DNA of 64,000 nt, taken from IMG/VR virus record IMGVR_UViG_3300025030_000045; one strand, 5' to 3'. Numbering within the stretch: position 1 is the stretch's first letter; every line of letters begins with the position of its first letter. Source of the DNA: a virus. Under the pieces are notes generated by a model that saw only the letters and a program-made list of their open reading frames with translations, was not told the origin of the DNA and did not search any database. Below, piece after piece: positions 19,595 to 29,112 of this stretch. The translations under genes were made by a program, and so were the position numbers.

Positions 19595-20197
19595 TTAGTA
19601 TTCTGGTGAAGACGGTGTACCACTACCAACGTCATGGATTGCATATTTAAATCTGACTTCCGTTCTAACAATAGCATCTTTCTGATCATGTGAATAGTCA
19701 ATGTTACTTACTGAATAAGGAATGACCTTGTGGAATATATCATATGCATCTATTGCCCCCGCAAGATCAATTGGAAATACTTGAACGGTTTCAGCCCATA
19801 CTTTGCTGATGTAATCTCTTTCCTTTTTCATATTATCAAAGCCGATTTTAATCCATTCATCAAAGTATCTTCTGATAGCAAGATCACCGCTTTCAAGAAA
19901 CATAATCGACAAATCATTGTCTTGTCTGTTTTTGAAATAATATCTTGGACGACTGTTAACCTGTGATGATCCGATATCAATTAAAATGTTTGGGCATGAT
20001 ACTTGAAGAACGTTCCAAACTAAAAAGTTCCCTTGCACATCCAAGCGTAATTTGACAGCGGCATCATTTAATTTTTGGTTATTGGGTGGATGAAGAAATA
20101 GTTTAAATCTGTTTCCCCGAAGCAAACCCTCATCTCTTGAGATAAAGCTGTTCGCGACAAAACTGTCTAAATCCAAAAATCGTGTATCTATTTCCAT
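19595..20197 (-). CDS. tail tube-fold protein (gp54/gp19-like)
   Basis: G..R.NRF, V.CP, L...F.......R.YF..W, ..P.......Y, V.F.Y. Confidence 0.65.
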   Translation of the reverse strand: MEIDTRFLDLDSFVANSFISRDEGLLRGNRFKLFLHPPNNQKLNDAAVKLRLDVQGNFLVWNVLQVSCPNILIDIGSSQVNSRPRYYFKNRQDNDLSIMFLESGDLAIRRYFDEWIKIGFDNMKKERDYISKVWAETVQVFPIDLAGAIDAYDIFHKVIPYSVSNIDYSHDQKDAIVRTEVRFKYAIHDVGSGTPSSPEY

Positions 20198-20206
20198 GAC
20201 AGCCTC

Positions 20207-20806
20207 TTATGAAAGTTTGAACTTATTATAATATGAATATGCAAATGTCACGGTGAGAGTTGTTAGTGCATTTTCGCTATCAGAATCTAAAGTCATATCC
20301 CCGATCATCTTTGGATATAAGTGAAAAAACTGAAATTTAAAGATCTTTTCAAGTTGACCGTCAAGTTGATATAACGTGGCACTTCCTCGTAGTGAATTAC
20401 CATCACTTCCCCTGATATTCGAGTCTGGTCTGTTTAACAAATTCATCCACATTGCAAAATATCTATAGATGTCATAATCAGTGTCAACAACGAATGTCAC
20501 TTGAAGATCACCAAATTCCATGTCCCCGGGCAACCATAACGTACGACCCATTCTTTGAAGCGGAATAATATTGATTTGCGTCGATGGAAATGTTGCGCTC
20601 TTAATAGCAAAGTCAATTTTATCTGGCTTCATACCAACATCATTAATCGCGTCTTTAATTTTATCATATAAAGAATCTGGGGATTTGTTTGTTTTTCTTC
20701 CCTCTATTGGTGCCCCGGTTGGTGGAAAGAATACCATCTTAAAAAGATTTGGTCTGGCATAATCTTTGAATTGTGATTTAAGATTGAAGATATTCATATT
20801 AAGCAA
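20207..20806 (-). CDS. tail tube protein (gp19-like)
   Basis: ARPNLF, SATFP, GR....PGD..F....VTF..D.D......F..W, YP...G...LD, VTF.Y.Y. Confidence 0.8.
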   Translation of the reverse strand: MLNMNIFNLKSQFKDYARPNLFKMVFFPPTGAPIEGRKTNKSPDSLYDKIKDAINDVGMKPDKIDFAIKSATFPSTQINIIPLQRMGRTLWLPGDMEFGDLQVTFVVDTDYDIYRYFAMWMNLLNRPDSNIRGSDGNSLRGSATLYQLDGQLEKIFKFQFFHLYPKMIGDMTLDSDSENALTTLTVTFAYSYYNKFKLS

Positions 20807-21371
20807 CCCTATCCCAATAAGAATATTGTAAGGAGACAGTAAATTCTGCCAACTGATCGCTCGATTCAGAATTTAAATCAATCGTCGATATTGTGTGGGG
20901 AAAAACATTCTCAAAATTATAAATGCATATTGGTAAATTGTTTGCACCCATCTGCATTACGATGATTTTACTACCCATGGTATAATCTTGAACATATCCT
21001 CGAGTATTTTCGCGATTATTTGCAATCTGCTCCATCCAGTTTTCAAATAGAACCCTTCCCGCCCACGATTCATCTGCAAGGAAGGTTAATGTTAAATCTT
21101 CATGAGAAGAGTCTCCACCAAATTTATGAGTTACACCATTTCTCTTATGTTCTACGACACCAATAGAGCGACCGGGAATTTGTGCGCCCTTACACATGAA
21201 TGTAAGATTTATCGGATTTGTCGAAACAAATCTTACAGCATCAATAATGCTAGACAGAGACAGTGAAGCAGACTTCCAAACGAACGGCGATGGAAGGACC
21301 TGTACGATAAATCTGTTTGGTCTCGCGACATTTCTAACATGAGATTTAAAGTCATCAATTGTCATGAACAT
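20799..21371 (-). CDS. tail tube protein paralogue (gp19/gp54-like)
   Basis: I.DFK, ARPNRF.V, C..AQIPG, LT.TF..D......FE.W, FP..IS.I.L, F.V...Y..W. Confidence 0.8.
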   Translation of the reverse strand: MFMTIDDFKSHVRNVARPNRFIVQVLPSPFVWKSASLSLSSIIDAVRFVSTNPINLTFMCKGAQIPGRSIGVVEHKRNGVTHKFGGDSSHEDLTLTFLADESWAGRVLFENWMEQIANNRENTRGYVQDYTMGSKIIVMQMGANNLPICIYNFENVFPHTISTIDLNSESSDQLAEFTVSLQYSYWDRVA

Positions 21372-21415
21372 ATCTAATTTTCTCCGATGTTGTTTCTTAA
21401 AATTATTTATTGTGA

Positions 21416-21453
21416 ACTAAAAAAGCCACCCAATTAAAGGTGGCTTTTTTAGT
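21416..21453. terminator. bidirectional-type terminator
   Basis: actaaaaaagccacc-N8-ggtggcttttttagt. Confidence 0.85.
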
Positions 21454-21471
21454 TCAATTATTTGTTATGCT

Positions 21472-22005
21472 TTACCAACCAACGTTGATGTCATAAACAT
21501 CAACCTCTTCAATAGTGACCAGTGCCATGATATTCTCAGAATGAATCCGCTCATTATCAAAGCAATGCTGAACGTGACTTGAAACAACATCGCACACGGC
21601 TTCTACTTCGGCCTTACCAATCTCTGACCACCCGCTCGCGCCTTTCCAATTAATCCGTGTTTCCGGAAAGCGCTGAACACGAACCCATGCTCCTGTAAGT
21701 TTAGCCTGACTACCACCATCGGTTAGGATCGTCGCTCCGCCAAATGTTACACCGCTCGTTTCTTTTTCATAACGGAGGGCGGCGAGTTCTTCTAATTTCG
21801 TAGCCTTAGCCATATCCAAAGTGATGGCTTGTGGTTCTTCATTATAAGGACGCCCCTGACTATCTGCTTTGATTGGTCGACCATTACTTTGCCCGTTTAG
21901 AAGATTTCTATACTCTTCTGTGGTTATTTCGACAGCATCTGTCGGTATATTTTCTCCATGGATTTTAATATCATAAAAACCACAAGTTGACATTGAATAA
22001 AACAT
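21472..22005 (-). CDS. tail fibre assembly chaperone (DUF4376-like C-terminus)
   Basis: FYS....GFY....H...IP.DAVEIT...Y..LL.GQ..G..I.AD..G.P, LAALRY.KET.G, WK...GW; follows the fibre gene. Confidence 0.8.
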   Translation of the reverse strand: MFYSMSTCGFYDIKIHGENIPTDAVEITTEEYRNLLNGQSNGRPIKADSQGRPYNEEPQAITLDMAKATKLEELAALRYEKETSGVTFGGATILTDGGSQAKLTGAWVRVQRFPETRINWKGASGWSEIGKAEVEAVCDVVSSHVQHCFDNERIHSENIMALVTIEEVDVYDINVGW

Positions 22006-22014
22006 AATTTCTCC

Positions 22015-24660
22015 TTAATAACCGATAGCGAACCAATTGGTTGTTACATTACTGGCACCAGCATTCCAGTTATCTCCATATATTATAAAACCGCTCTGTG
22101 TTTTTGTATGACAATATGCATTTATTAATCCATTAACACCCGAAGACCGTTCTATCGTGACATATACCCCAAAAACACTATTTGGAAATGCTAATGGGAA
22201 GCTAACAGTAGTATTATTATCGCTATAATCTGCTATTACTTGACCCCACTGAATAATCATCCCACTTGGTAGTTTCTGAAAACCAATTGATTCTCTGCTT
22301 GCAGGAAATACGCCAAACATCTCTGTAACCAAATCTTGACTTGTGATAATATAACTATCAGTGCCGTCGGCATTTCCGACGGCACAGAAGAAAGTATCGT
22401 TCCATGTTATACTTGTTATGTTTACGTTTTTCGGGTTGGCACTTTCAGTCCAATTTATACCGTCGGGACTTGTGATAATATAAGCATCGGTGACTTCAGC
22501 CCATCCAACAGCACAGAACAACTTTCCATTCCATGCTACACTTGCCAGCGATCCATTTTTTGGATTGGCTCTTTCGGTCCAAGTAATACCATCAGGACTT
22601 GTGATAATATAAGCATCAGTATCGTCAGCCGTACCAACTGCACAAAATAAAGACCCGTTCCAACACACCGCATATAGACTCTTATATTTTGGGTTAACTC
22701 TTTCGGTCCAAGTAATACCATCAGGACTTGTGACAATATAAGCATCAGTAGCAGAAGCACTATCTTGTGCTCCGACTGCACAGAACAGAGACCCATTCCA
22801 TGCTACACCGTATAGAAAAGTATTTTTTGGATTGGCTCTTTCGGTCCAAGTGGTACCATCTGGACTCGTGACAATATAAGCATCAGTAACACCATCATCA
22901 CCACCAACAGCACAGAATAAAGACCCATTCCATGCTAAACCCATTAGCGCTTTATTTTTTGGGTTAGCTCTTTCAGTCCAAGTAATACCGTCAGGACTTG
23001 TGATAATATAAGCATCAGTAACACCGTCCATATCTCCAACAGCACAGAACAGTGCCCCATTCCATACTACCTCATATAAACCAACATCCTTTGGATTGGC
23101 TCTTTCGGTCCAAGTAATACCATCAGGACTTGTGACAATATAAGCGTCGGTACCAGCGTCGGCCGTACCGACGGCACAAAATAAAGACCCGTTCCAACAT
23201 ACCGCAGATAACGTACGGTGTTTTGGATTTGATCTTTCGGTCCATGTTATATTGCTAATATCTATACCGAATAATTGCCTAAAATTAACAATGTCTTCCC
23301 CGTCTATTCCCGCGGTGACCTTTGCCCGCCCCGAGCTATCTCTAATAATAATTCTTTCGGGCGAATTCGTCGAGAGTGCGCCGTGTGTTGCTGTAACACT
23401 GGCATGATCATAAATTTCTTGCTGTCTGGCAATATCATCTGCTGCCCCGGGTGCAGCCACCTTTGCCCGCCCAGCAGCATCTCTGATGATAATTCTATCT
23501 GCGGTCGCTGCTGATACGGCTCCATGTGCTGTTGTTAAATTTCCATGAGTATCAACAGTATCTTTACGAGCAATATCATCCGCCGCTGATGGTGCCGCAA
23601 CTTTTGCCCGACCGTTGGCATCCCTAAGAATGATTCTGTTTGCCGTGGCCGCGGCCGTTGATGAGTGTGCATTCGTCGAACCGCCATGATCGTTGAGTTC
23701 TTGTAGTCTTACGACCTGTGTTACAATCGTTGGTGCGTTAGACACGACCATTTTATCAACAGTCATCGTGCCATCCCATTTAAATCTTATCAACGAATCA
23801 GTAAAGTCGCCGGTCGGAGCAAATGCCCATTCATTAACATCAAATCTAAAAACGCTATCAAGTAATCTTCGCTCGTTAGCTGTACCGATAGCAACCGATC
23901 CTTTACATAGGAAAGAATTTACTAATGAAATTGTATTAGGGTTTGTCTCCCCAATCGGTGAATTAATTTTCACATTGATATAGTCACTAACGAAAGAACC
24001 GGATTCTCTTGTTTTAAAAGTCAGTGAAATGATTCTCGGTTCTGCCGACGCGGTATCGCCGTTAGATACAATATCGGTCGTGACATCCTTTGTTATCTTC
24101 GTGGCCTTTGGGATACCAACAACTAACACCGGAGAAATACTTAAAGTTCCCCCAACGATGTCGTTGATGTTGTATGTGTCTCCGTCACTAGTGAAAGTAT
24201 CACCGATATTAAATGTATGTGGTAGACATAATTCAACAGAGGCAGCACCGATCGCGGCGGCTTCAGCTAACACTCCACCGCGAAATGTTAGTGACGCATA
24301 TTCAACGATGTCACTACTACCACCATCAGCAGCAACACTAATTTCAATCGGCAGGCTGTTTGTCAACATAACCCCGAATGTATAAACGGTGTTTGCTTCC
24401 AACGAACCTTTGATATCTTGATAGATGATTTCACCACCATTCAAAACGGTCGGGGCTGGGAAGCCTATCTTCGCCGCGGCCCCAGTCAACCACCCATAAA
24501 GATAATATGAACCCGTATTATCTTGTAGAACTTGGTCAAATGAACCATTGAGAAGATAATTATCAAATCCCTGATGCGTCATCTCTTCAACAAATTTATT
24601 AAACATTGTTTTGAGATTAAAAACAGAGTGTTGTTCTTTTAACTTAAAGTCTTGATTCAT
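22015..24660 (-). CDS. tail fibre/receptor-binding protein with 7-repeat beta-propeller and C-terminal lectin-like tip
   Basis: Three HGA..AT..RII.RD..GRAKV repeats; seven SPDG.TW repeats; C-terminal GFQKLPSG.IIQWG, FP.AFPN, WFAIGY. Confidence 0.85.
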   Translation of the reverse strand: MNQDFKLKEQHSVFNLKTMFNKFVEEMTHQGFDNYLLNGSFDQVLQDNTGSYYLYGWLTGAAAKIGFPAPTVLNGGEIIYQDIKGSLEANTVYTFGVMLTNSLPIEISVAADGGSSDIVEYASLTFRGGVLAEAAAIGAASVELCLPHTFNIGDTFTSDGDTYNINDIVGGTLSISPVLVVGIPKATKITKDVTTDIVSNGDTASAEPRIISLTFKTRESGSFVSDYINVKINSPIGETNPNTISLVNSFLCKGSVAIGTANERRLLDSVFRFDVNEWAFAPTGDFTDSLIRFKWDGTMTVDKMVVSNAPTIVTQVVRLQELNDHGGSTNAHSSTAAATANRIILRDANGRAKVAAPSAADDIARKDTVDTHGNLTTAHGAVSAATADRIIIRDAAGRAKVAAPGAADDIARQQEIYDHASVTATHGALSTNSPERIIIRDSSGRAKVTAGIDGEDIVNFRQLFGIDISNITWTERSNPKHRTLSAVCWNGSLFCAVGTADAGTDAYIVTSPDGITWTERANPKDVGLYEVVWNGALFCAVGDMDGVTDAYIITSPDGITWTERANPKNKALMGLAWNGSLFCAVGGDDGVTDAYIVTSPDGTTWTERANPKNTFLYGVAWNGSLFCAVGAQDSASATDAYIVTSPDGITWTERVNPKYKSLYAVCWNGSLFCAVGTADDTDAYIITSPDGITWTERANPKNGSLASVAWNGKLFCAVGWAEVTDAYIITSPDGINWTESANPKNVNITSITWNDTFFCAVGNADGTDSYIITSQDLVTEMFGVFPASRESIGFQKLPSGMIIQWGQVIADYSDNNTTVSFPLAFPNSVFGVYVTIERSSGVNGLINAYCHTKTQSGFIIYGDNWNAGASNVTTNWFAIGY
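22336..23252 (-). repeat. seven tandem ~130-140 bp coding repeats
   Basis: Near-identical DNA scaffolds (ctctttcggtccaagtaataccatcaggacttgtga) with two variable segments per unit. Confidence 0.92.
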
Positions 24661-24704
24661 GCTATCACCTTTATATGATTTGTGTAATTATTTATCAGTG
24701 AATT

Positions 24705-26228
24705 TTAGATTATGATTTTGAATGTTTCGTCACCAACAATACTTGATCTGTTGATCGGTGATTTATTCGCAACATAAAGAAGTTGTCCCAAATCAAACGA
24801 ATATGTATCAGTGTTAAAGATGGTATGGGTTAAATCCTCCGAATACAATGTAGAAGAACATTCTGTACCAGTCGAATCTTTTGGTTTATATGATACGAAT
24901 ATCTGGCGATATGTAGCCGATGTCGGTTCATCAGCGCCAAGACTCTTTTCAATCATAATGGACTCAAAAAGATTATCATGGGCAAAATTCAAATCGGTCG
25001 TTTTTACAAATGAAAGAACAACTGCTTCTCCGGTATCTACATCGGCACCGACGGTTAAATCCTCGAAGGTTAAATGAACGAGATCAAGATCTTCATAAAA
25101 AGTCTTTTCATTTACATCAGCAAGAAGATGAATGAATTTAACATCGGCACTTTCAATTTTAACCAAACCAAGAACATCAAGCAATGACCGTGAAACTTTT
25201 GTGTGGTTTGTGTACGTAAATTTTAATGCTGGTGGATTGTTGTCTGTTATTGGAGCGGTGATCGTGTAAAATGGAATACTCTCATTAAAGATACCTAGCT
25301 TATTGAATTCGTTCATACTTGCTGTTAGTCTGAAGTACCCATATGATATAGAATCGTTCTCGTTAATTTCATATGTAAAGATATGTGATGTTTGTCCAAT
25401 ATCATCAACTAAAGTTTCATACCAGGTGATCTTATCAAGAAGGACTGCGCCATCATCTTGCCCACCCGGATTATATTTAGTGAGGAAGAAATTCGCCCCG
25501 TGTATCGGTTCTAGGATGTCATTGAATGTTTCCGTCGTACCGGTGATAATCATTTCCCCATCAATATTCAAGGTTCTTTCTAAAATGATAGCCGAACCTT
25601 GTAATGTTTGAAACGGTGCATCTGTTGGAAAAGCAGAATCCCCATATGAGGTCTTGAGTTGAACCTGTGTTACCAGGGCCGGGATGTTGTTGCTTAAGAT
25701 TCTGTCAATTCTAAACATATTGGTAACATTTGCTTGGGAGTAATTAATGATGAAGTAGTCATAATCAATTCCCTGCTGATTAACGAGTTCAAACACATAT
25801 GTTGGATTGAGGCCAACAACACTCATCCATTCGTCGTTGACGTTATTGAGTAGAATTTCTCCGCTCGTACCAAAAATGTTTCCTATTTCAAAATCAAGTT
25901 CGCTGATGTTCGTAGGAACAGCTCCGTCCTTTATTTTACGACCGATAAAAATGCGTCGTTTAACATCAATGTCAAGTCCTTCATATGTAGAATTCTTATC
26001 ATAAAATTTTATACTCTCGGTGCCGTTCGCGATATCCGTGTCTTGGTACATTACACCCGATGGCCATTCTCCACCAACGTTCGTAACTTTGATTAATGAG
26101 ACATTACCCCAAGACGGTTCTTTTCTAGCAAAACCGAGATAACATTTTTCACTCTTCAAAGCTTCGAAAAGAAAGAGATTTCTTGTTTTAATATATTCAC
26201 CAGATATAGTATTGAACTCGTTTATCAT
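24705..26228 (-). CDS. gp8: baseplate wedge subunit, gp8-like (extended)
   Basis: N-terminal YLGFAR..P.W; YRQI; C-terminal G..LY..N..PI.R.....ETFKIII. Confidence 0.6.
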   Translation of the reverse strand: MINEFNTISGEYIKTRNLFLFEALKSEKCYLGFARKEPSWGNVSLIKVTNVGGEWPSGVMYQDTDIANGTESIKFYDKNSTYEGLDIDVKRRIFIGRKIKDGAVPTNISELDFEIGNIFGTSGEILLNNVNDEWMSVVGLNPTYVFELVNQQGIDYDYFIINYSQANVTNMFRIDRILSNNIPALVTQVQLKTSYGDSAFPTDAPFQTLQGSAIILERTLNIDGEMIITGTTETFNDILEPIHGANFFLTKYNPGGQDDGAVLLDKITWYETLVDDIGQTSHIFTYEINENDSISYGYFRLTASMNEFNKLGIFNESIPFYTITAPITDNNPPALKFTYTNHTKVSRSLLDVLGLVKIESADVKFIHLLADVNEKTFYEDLDLVHLTFEDLTVGADVDTGEAVVLSFVKTTDLNFAHDNLFESIMIEKSLGADEPTSATYRQIFVSYKPKDSTGTECSSTLYSEDLTHTIFNTDTYSFDLGQLLYVANKSPINRSSIVGDETFKIII

Positions 26229-26238
26229 ATCAAATTCC

Positions 26239-28263
26239 TTAAAAAATTATGTCTTGTGGTGCATTAAATTCCCAATAACCATCACGACTATATGTAATAT
26301 TTACTTTAAAATTTCCTTCATTTAGAACATTAAAATCAAAATCAACATTTGGACAACCCGTCTTTATAGTATTTATTTTCACATTGTCAAGATAGATATT
26401 CCAAACGAATTCATTGGGAATATGAGTTATATTTTCTATGGCATCCGGTATTGCTGTTAAGTGTTTTGTTTTAACATTAGCATTATTAATCGTTGTTCCG
26501 ATAATAAACGAATTAGCAACTTGAGCTGATATTACTGTTTCAGCATCAGCAAAATTTAATGTTGCTGAATAGATACCCAAACTAAAACGGCAATTACCGA
26601 GAATTACTTTTTCGAAGCCAAGATTATTAAAACGCCAATCATTAGCATTCAGTGATGAACGGAATAAACTCGCATCATTCGTAAGGAATTTACCAAAGAT
26701 AAAATTCTTCGAATTTGCTTGACCTGTTGGTTCTATGTTATCATTATAAACGATGTTGGGAATGATATAAATCTCTTGCCAACCTATAGGGTGACATAGT
26801 GGTTTGATAGATTTTTCCCAGTAGTCGCGGGGCATATCTGTTGTTATTCTATAGACAAAATTAAGCAATGGGTCTGCTTCGACAGAGATAAAATTAAAGC
26901 CACCTAGCTTAGAAAACATATCAATGAGTAACTTTATGTGCAGATAATTACCCTTAAAAGCATTCATATGAGCTGCATTTTTAATCAAAAGTAGTATCAG
27001 ATTTTTGATTACTAATTCATCATAAACAAAATTAACATCTTCTTCGGCTCTTTTCTTTTGAACCGCGATGATGTCATTGATGTAATTTACATATTCTGGA
27101 ATGAACTGCCCGATATATTTTTCAAGAATAACATCTGCATTATTGAACTGAATTTTAATTGGACTATTCTTTGAATCTAAAACGATGTCATATGTTCCTT
27201 CGTCTGTATTAAATTCAGCAACATCATATTCAAAATTAAAATTATCTCCTTTAAGGATTGCACTATCAACATCAACCAATGAACCCATATTCATCAATTT
27301 GCTATAGATATCATTGGAGAAACTGTTAAAGATATCACCACTGATTAATGCTACTTCTACTGGGTCAGATTGTGTGTTAAATAGCTGGGTGAATTCAGCA
27401 ACATTATTACCGTTAGTATCTTTGATAAAGGAAAAAATATCATTCGTCTCGACATTACTAATTTCAAGAATATACGAACAATCGTAGCTAAATTCGGGTA
27501 CGACGATCCGCATGATAACAGAACTATCAAAGGTGATATTTAGTGGAACGATTATATTGTCTTCCATCTCGTTCGGTACGATTTTTGTAAGGCGGACCGT
27601 CTTCGTAGTAACAGATGTCTGATCGACGTCGGCCGAGAAAGTCACAAATAGTATTTTCTCTGCCACGGGATAAGATATTATTTCACCAAATGCTGGGGAC
27701 AAGTCTTCAAAGGTAACATCTGTCACAATCGTCTGCATAACGTCGGCTGTATTATATGCAATATTAATTGAAGTATAATATGCAGTTTTTGCAATTGCAT
27801 AAATCTTCAGTGCCGTTGTCCCATTAAGAAAACTAGCGCTTAACGGTGTGCTGTTAATAAGCAGATCATTTTCGTAATAATCGATGTTACCAGCTCCATC
27901 GAAAATTATCTTATATGCGATGTTCTGACTATCATGTTCGAGAACAGCACCATTCCACTTCTTAATACCGTTCTCGATAATACTTACTTTACCATTTTCA
28001 AAAATGAAGCCGAATTCAAGACTGTCGGTTCCGACAACGGTGTTAAAGTTTACCGAAGACAAACCAATCGCATAGGCAGACGCCTCACCCGGATTAACAT
28101 TATGATAGACGAGGAGGCCGGCATTAAGAACATCTGTATTGAAGACATCACCACTGCTTGCCTTTGAGGTCCAGGTCGGCGGACTATTCTGCGTTTTTGT
28201 TAGTCCGCTGAATTCATCCACTATGAAATTCGTTATATTTGTCCAATGAACCGATGAGAACAT
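26239..28263 (-). CDS. baseplate wedge protein, gp7-like, with Ig-like domain
   Basis: FKG....IK.L..MF and W...IKPL.HP.G; VTFS.DVD..SV Ig-like motif. Confidence 0.5.
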   Translation of the reverse strand: MFSSVHWTNITNFIVDEFSGLTKTQNSPPTWTSKASSGDVFNTDVLNAGLLVYHNVNPGEASAYAIGLSSVNFNTVVGTDSLEFGFIFENGKVSIIENGIKKWNGAVLEHDSQNIAYKIIFDGAGNIDYYENDLLINSTPLSASFLNGTTALKIYAIAKTAYYTSINIAYNTADVMQTIVTDVTFEDLSPAFGEIISYPVAEKILFVTFSADVDQTSVTTKTVRLTKIVPNEMEDNIIVPLNITFDSSVIMRIVVPEFSYDCSYILEISNVETNDIFSFIKDTNGNNVAEFTQLFNTQSDPVEVALISGDIFNSFSNDIYSKLMNMGSLVDVDSAILKGDNFNFEYDVAEFNTDEGTYDIVLDSKNSPIKIQFNNADVILEKYIGQFIPEYVNYINDIIAVQKKRAEEDVNFVYDELVIKNLILLLIKNAAHMNAFKGNYLHIKLLIDMFSKLGGFNFISVEADPLLNFVYRITTDMPRDYWEKSIKPLCHPIGWQEIYIIPNIVYNDNIEPTGQANSKNFIFGKFLTNDASLFRSSLNANDWRFNNLGFEKVILGNCRFSLGIYSATLNFADAETVISAQVANSFIIGTTINNANVKTKHLTAIPDAIENITHIPNEFVWNIYLDNVKINTIKTGCPNVDFDFNVLNEGNFKVNITYSRDGYWEFNAPQDIIF

Positions 28264-28285
28264 AATTTCTCCGATGATTAAATTT

Positions 28286-29110
28286 TTATGAAATGACTAT
28301 AGTTCGCGGGGAGAGGAGTTTTGTGATTTCAACATCCGCCTTTTTTGTTCTAATTATCAAGCGGCATAGATAGTCTTTTGTTGCATCTGGGTAAATATGA
28401 TAAATTGGAGTATTATCATTTTTTAAGACCATTGCATTAGTTGTTTCACTATTGTTTAAATTTTCATTATCACCAAAATCCCAGATATATAACACATCAG
28501 CCCCGATTACCCCAGTTATATTTGCTTCTAGGGTAATGTCTCCTTCTGTAACTGTTTCCACCTCAATGACGTTTATGTCAGCTGTAAATTTTGGTTCAAA
28601 ATATTCATTTTCCTTAACAGGATTAGCATCGAGCATTGAAAGAAATTGTGTTATAAAATCTGGTAAAACAGGAAAATTCTGATAGAAACTTTGTGGAAAG
28701 AAATTCCCGGCAACAAGCGAAAGGGGCGGTTTGATATTTATGATTACATCACCATAAACACGAAATGCTGTTAGAACAAAATCAACAGAGTTTTTGATAC
28801 TGATGCGGATGAAAATAAATTCTCCACTATATCCATCATACACACCACTGGTTGGTAGAAGTTCTTTCCACACAAGATTGTCGACTGATCGTTCGATCTT
28901 AACGTCTGCGATTCCCGTGAATTCTAATTCTACTTTTTGTAGGAACAGCGGCTCAAGAACATTTAGTTTTAACCAATGTTCTTGAGCCGTAGGAACCGAC
29001 CAAGAAAAGCTTTTACGAACATTATAAGTGGTATCAGCGAGGTCGCCGCTTAATTGGCCACCAGATACACTTATAAGATTATTTTTTTCTGCAACATAGT
29101 CAATTATCAT
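28286..29110 (-). CDS. baseplate-associated protein with PKD-like domain
   Basis: YIWDFGD, H.YP; lies between gp6 and the gp7-like gene. Confidence 0.5.
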   Translation of the reverse strand: MIIDYVAEKNNLISVSGGQLSGDLADTTYNVRKSFSWSVPTAQEHWLKLNVLEPLFLQKVELEFTGIADVKIERSVDNLVWKELLPTSGVYDGYSGEFIFIRISIKNSVDFVLTAFRVYGDVIINIKPPLSLVAGNFFPQSFYQNFPVLPDFITQFLSMLDANPVKENEYFEPKFTADINVIEVETVTEGDITLEANITGVIGADVLYIWDFGDNENLNNSETTNAMVLKNDNTPIYHIYPDATKDYLCRLIIRTKKADVEITKLLSPRTIVIS

Positions 29111-29112
29111 TT

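Noticed and set aside
22336-23252. Constant/variable periodic DNA resembling a CRISPR array or DGR template
   Set aside because: Repeats are in-frame protein repeats inside an 881-aa ORF. No cas or reverse transcriptase gene is present, and variation is not adenine-specific.
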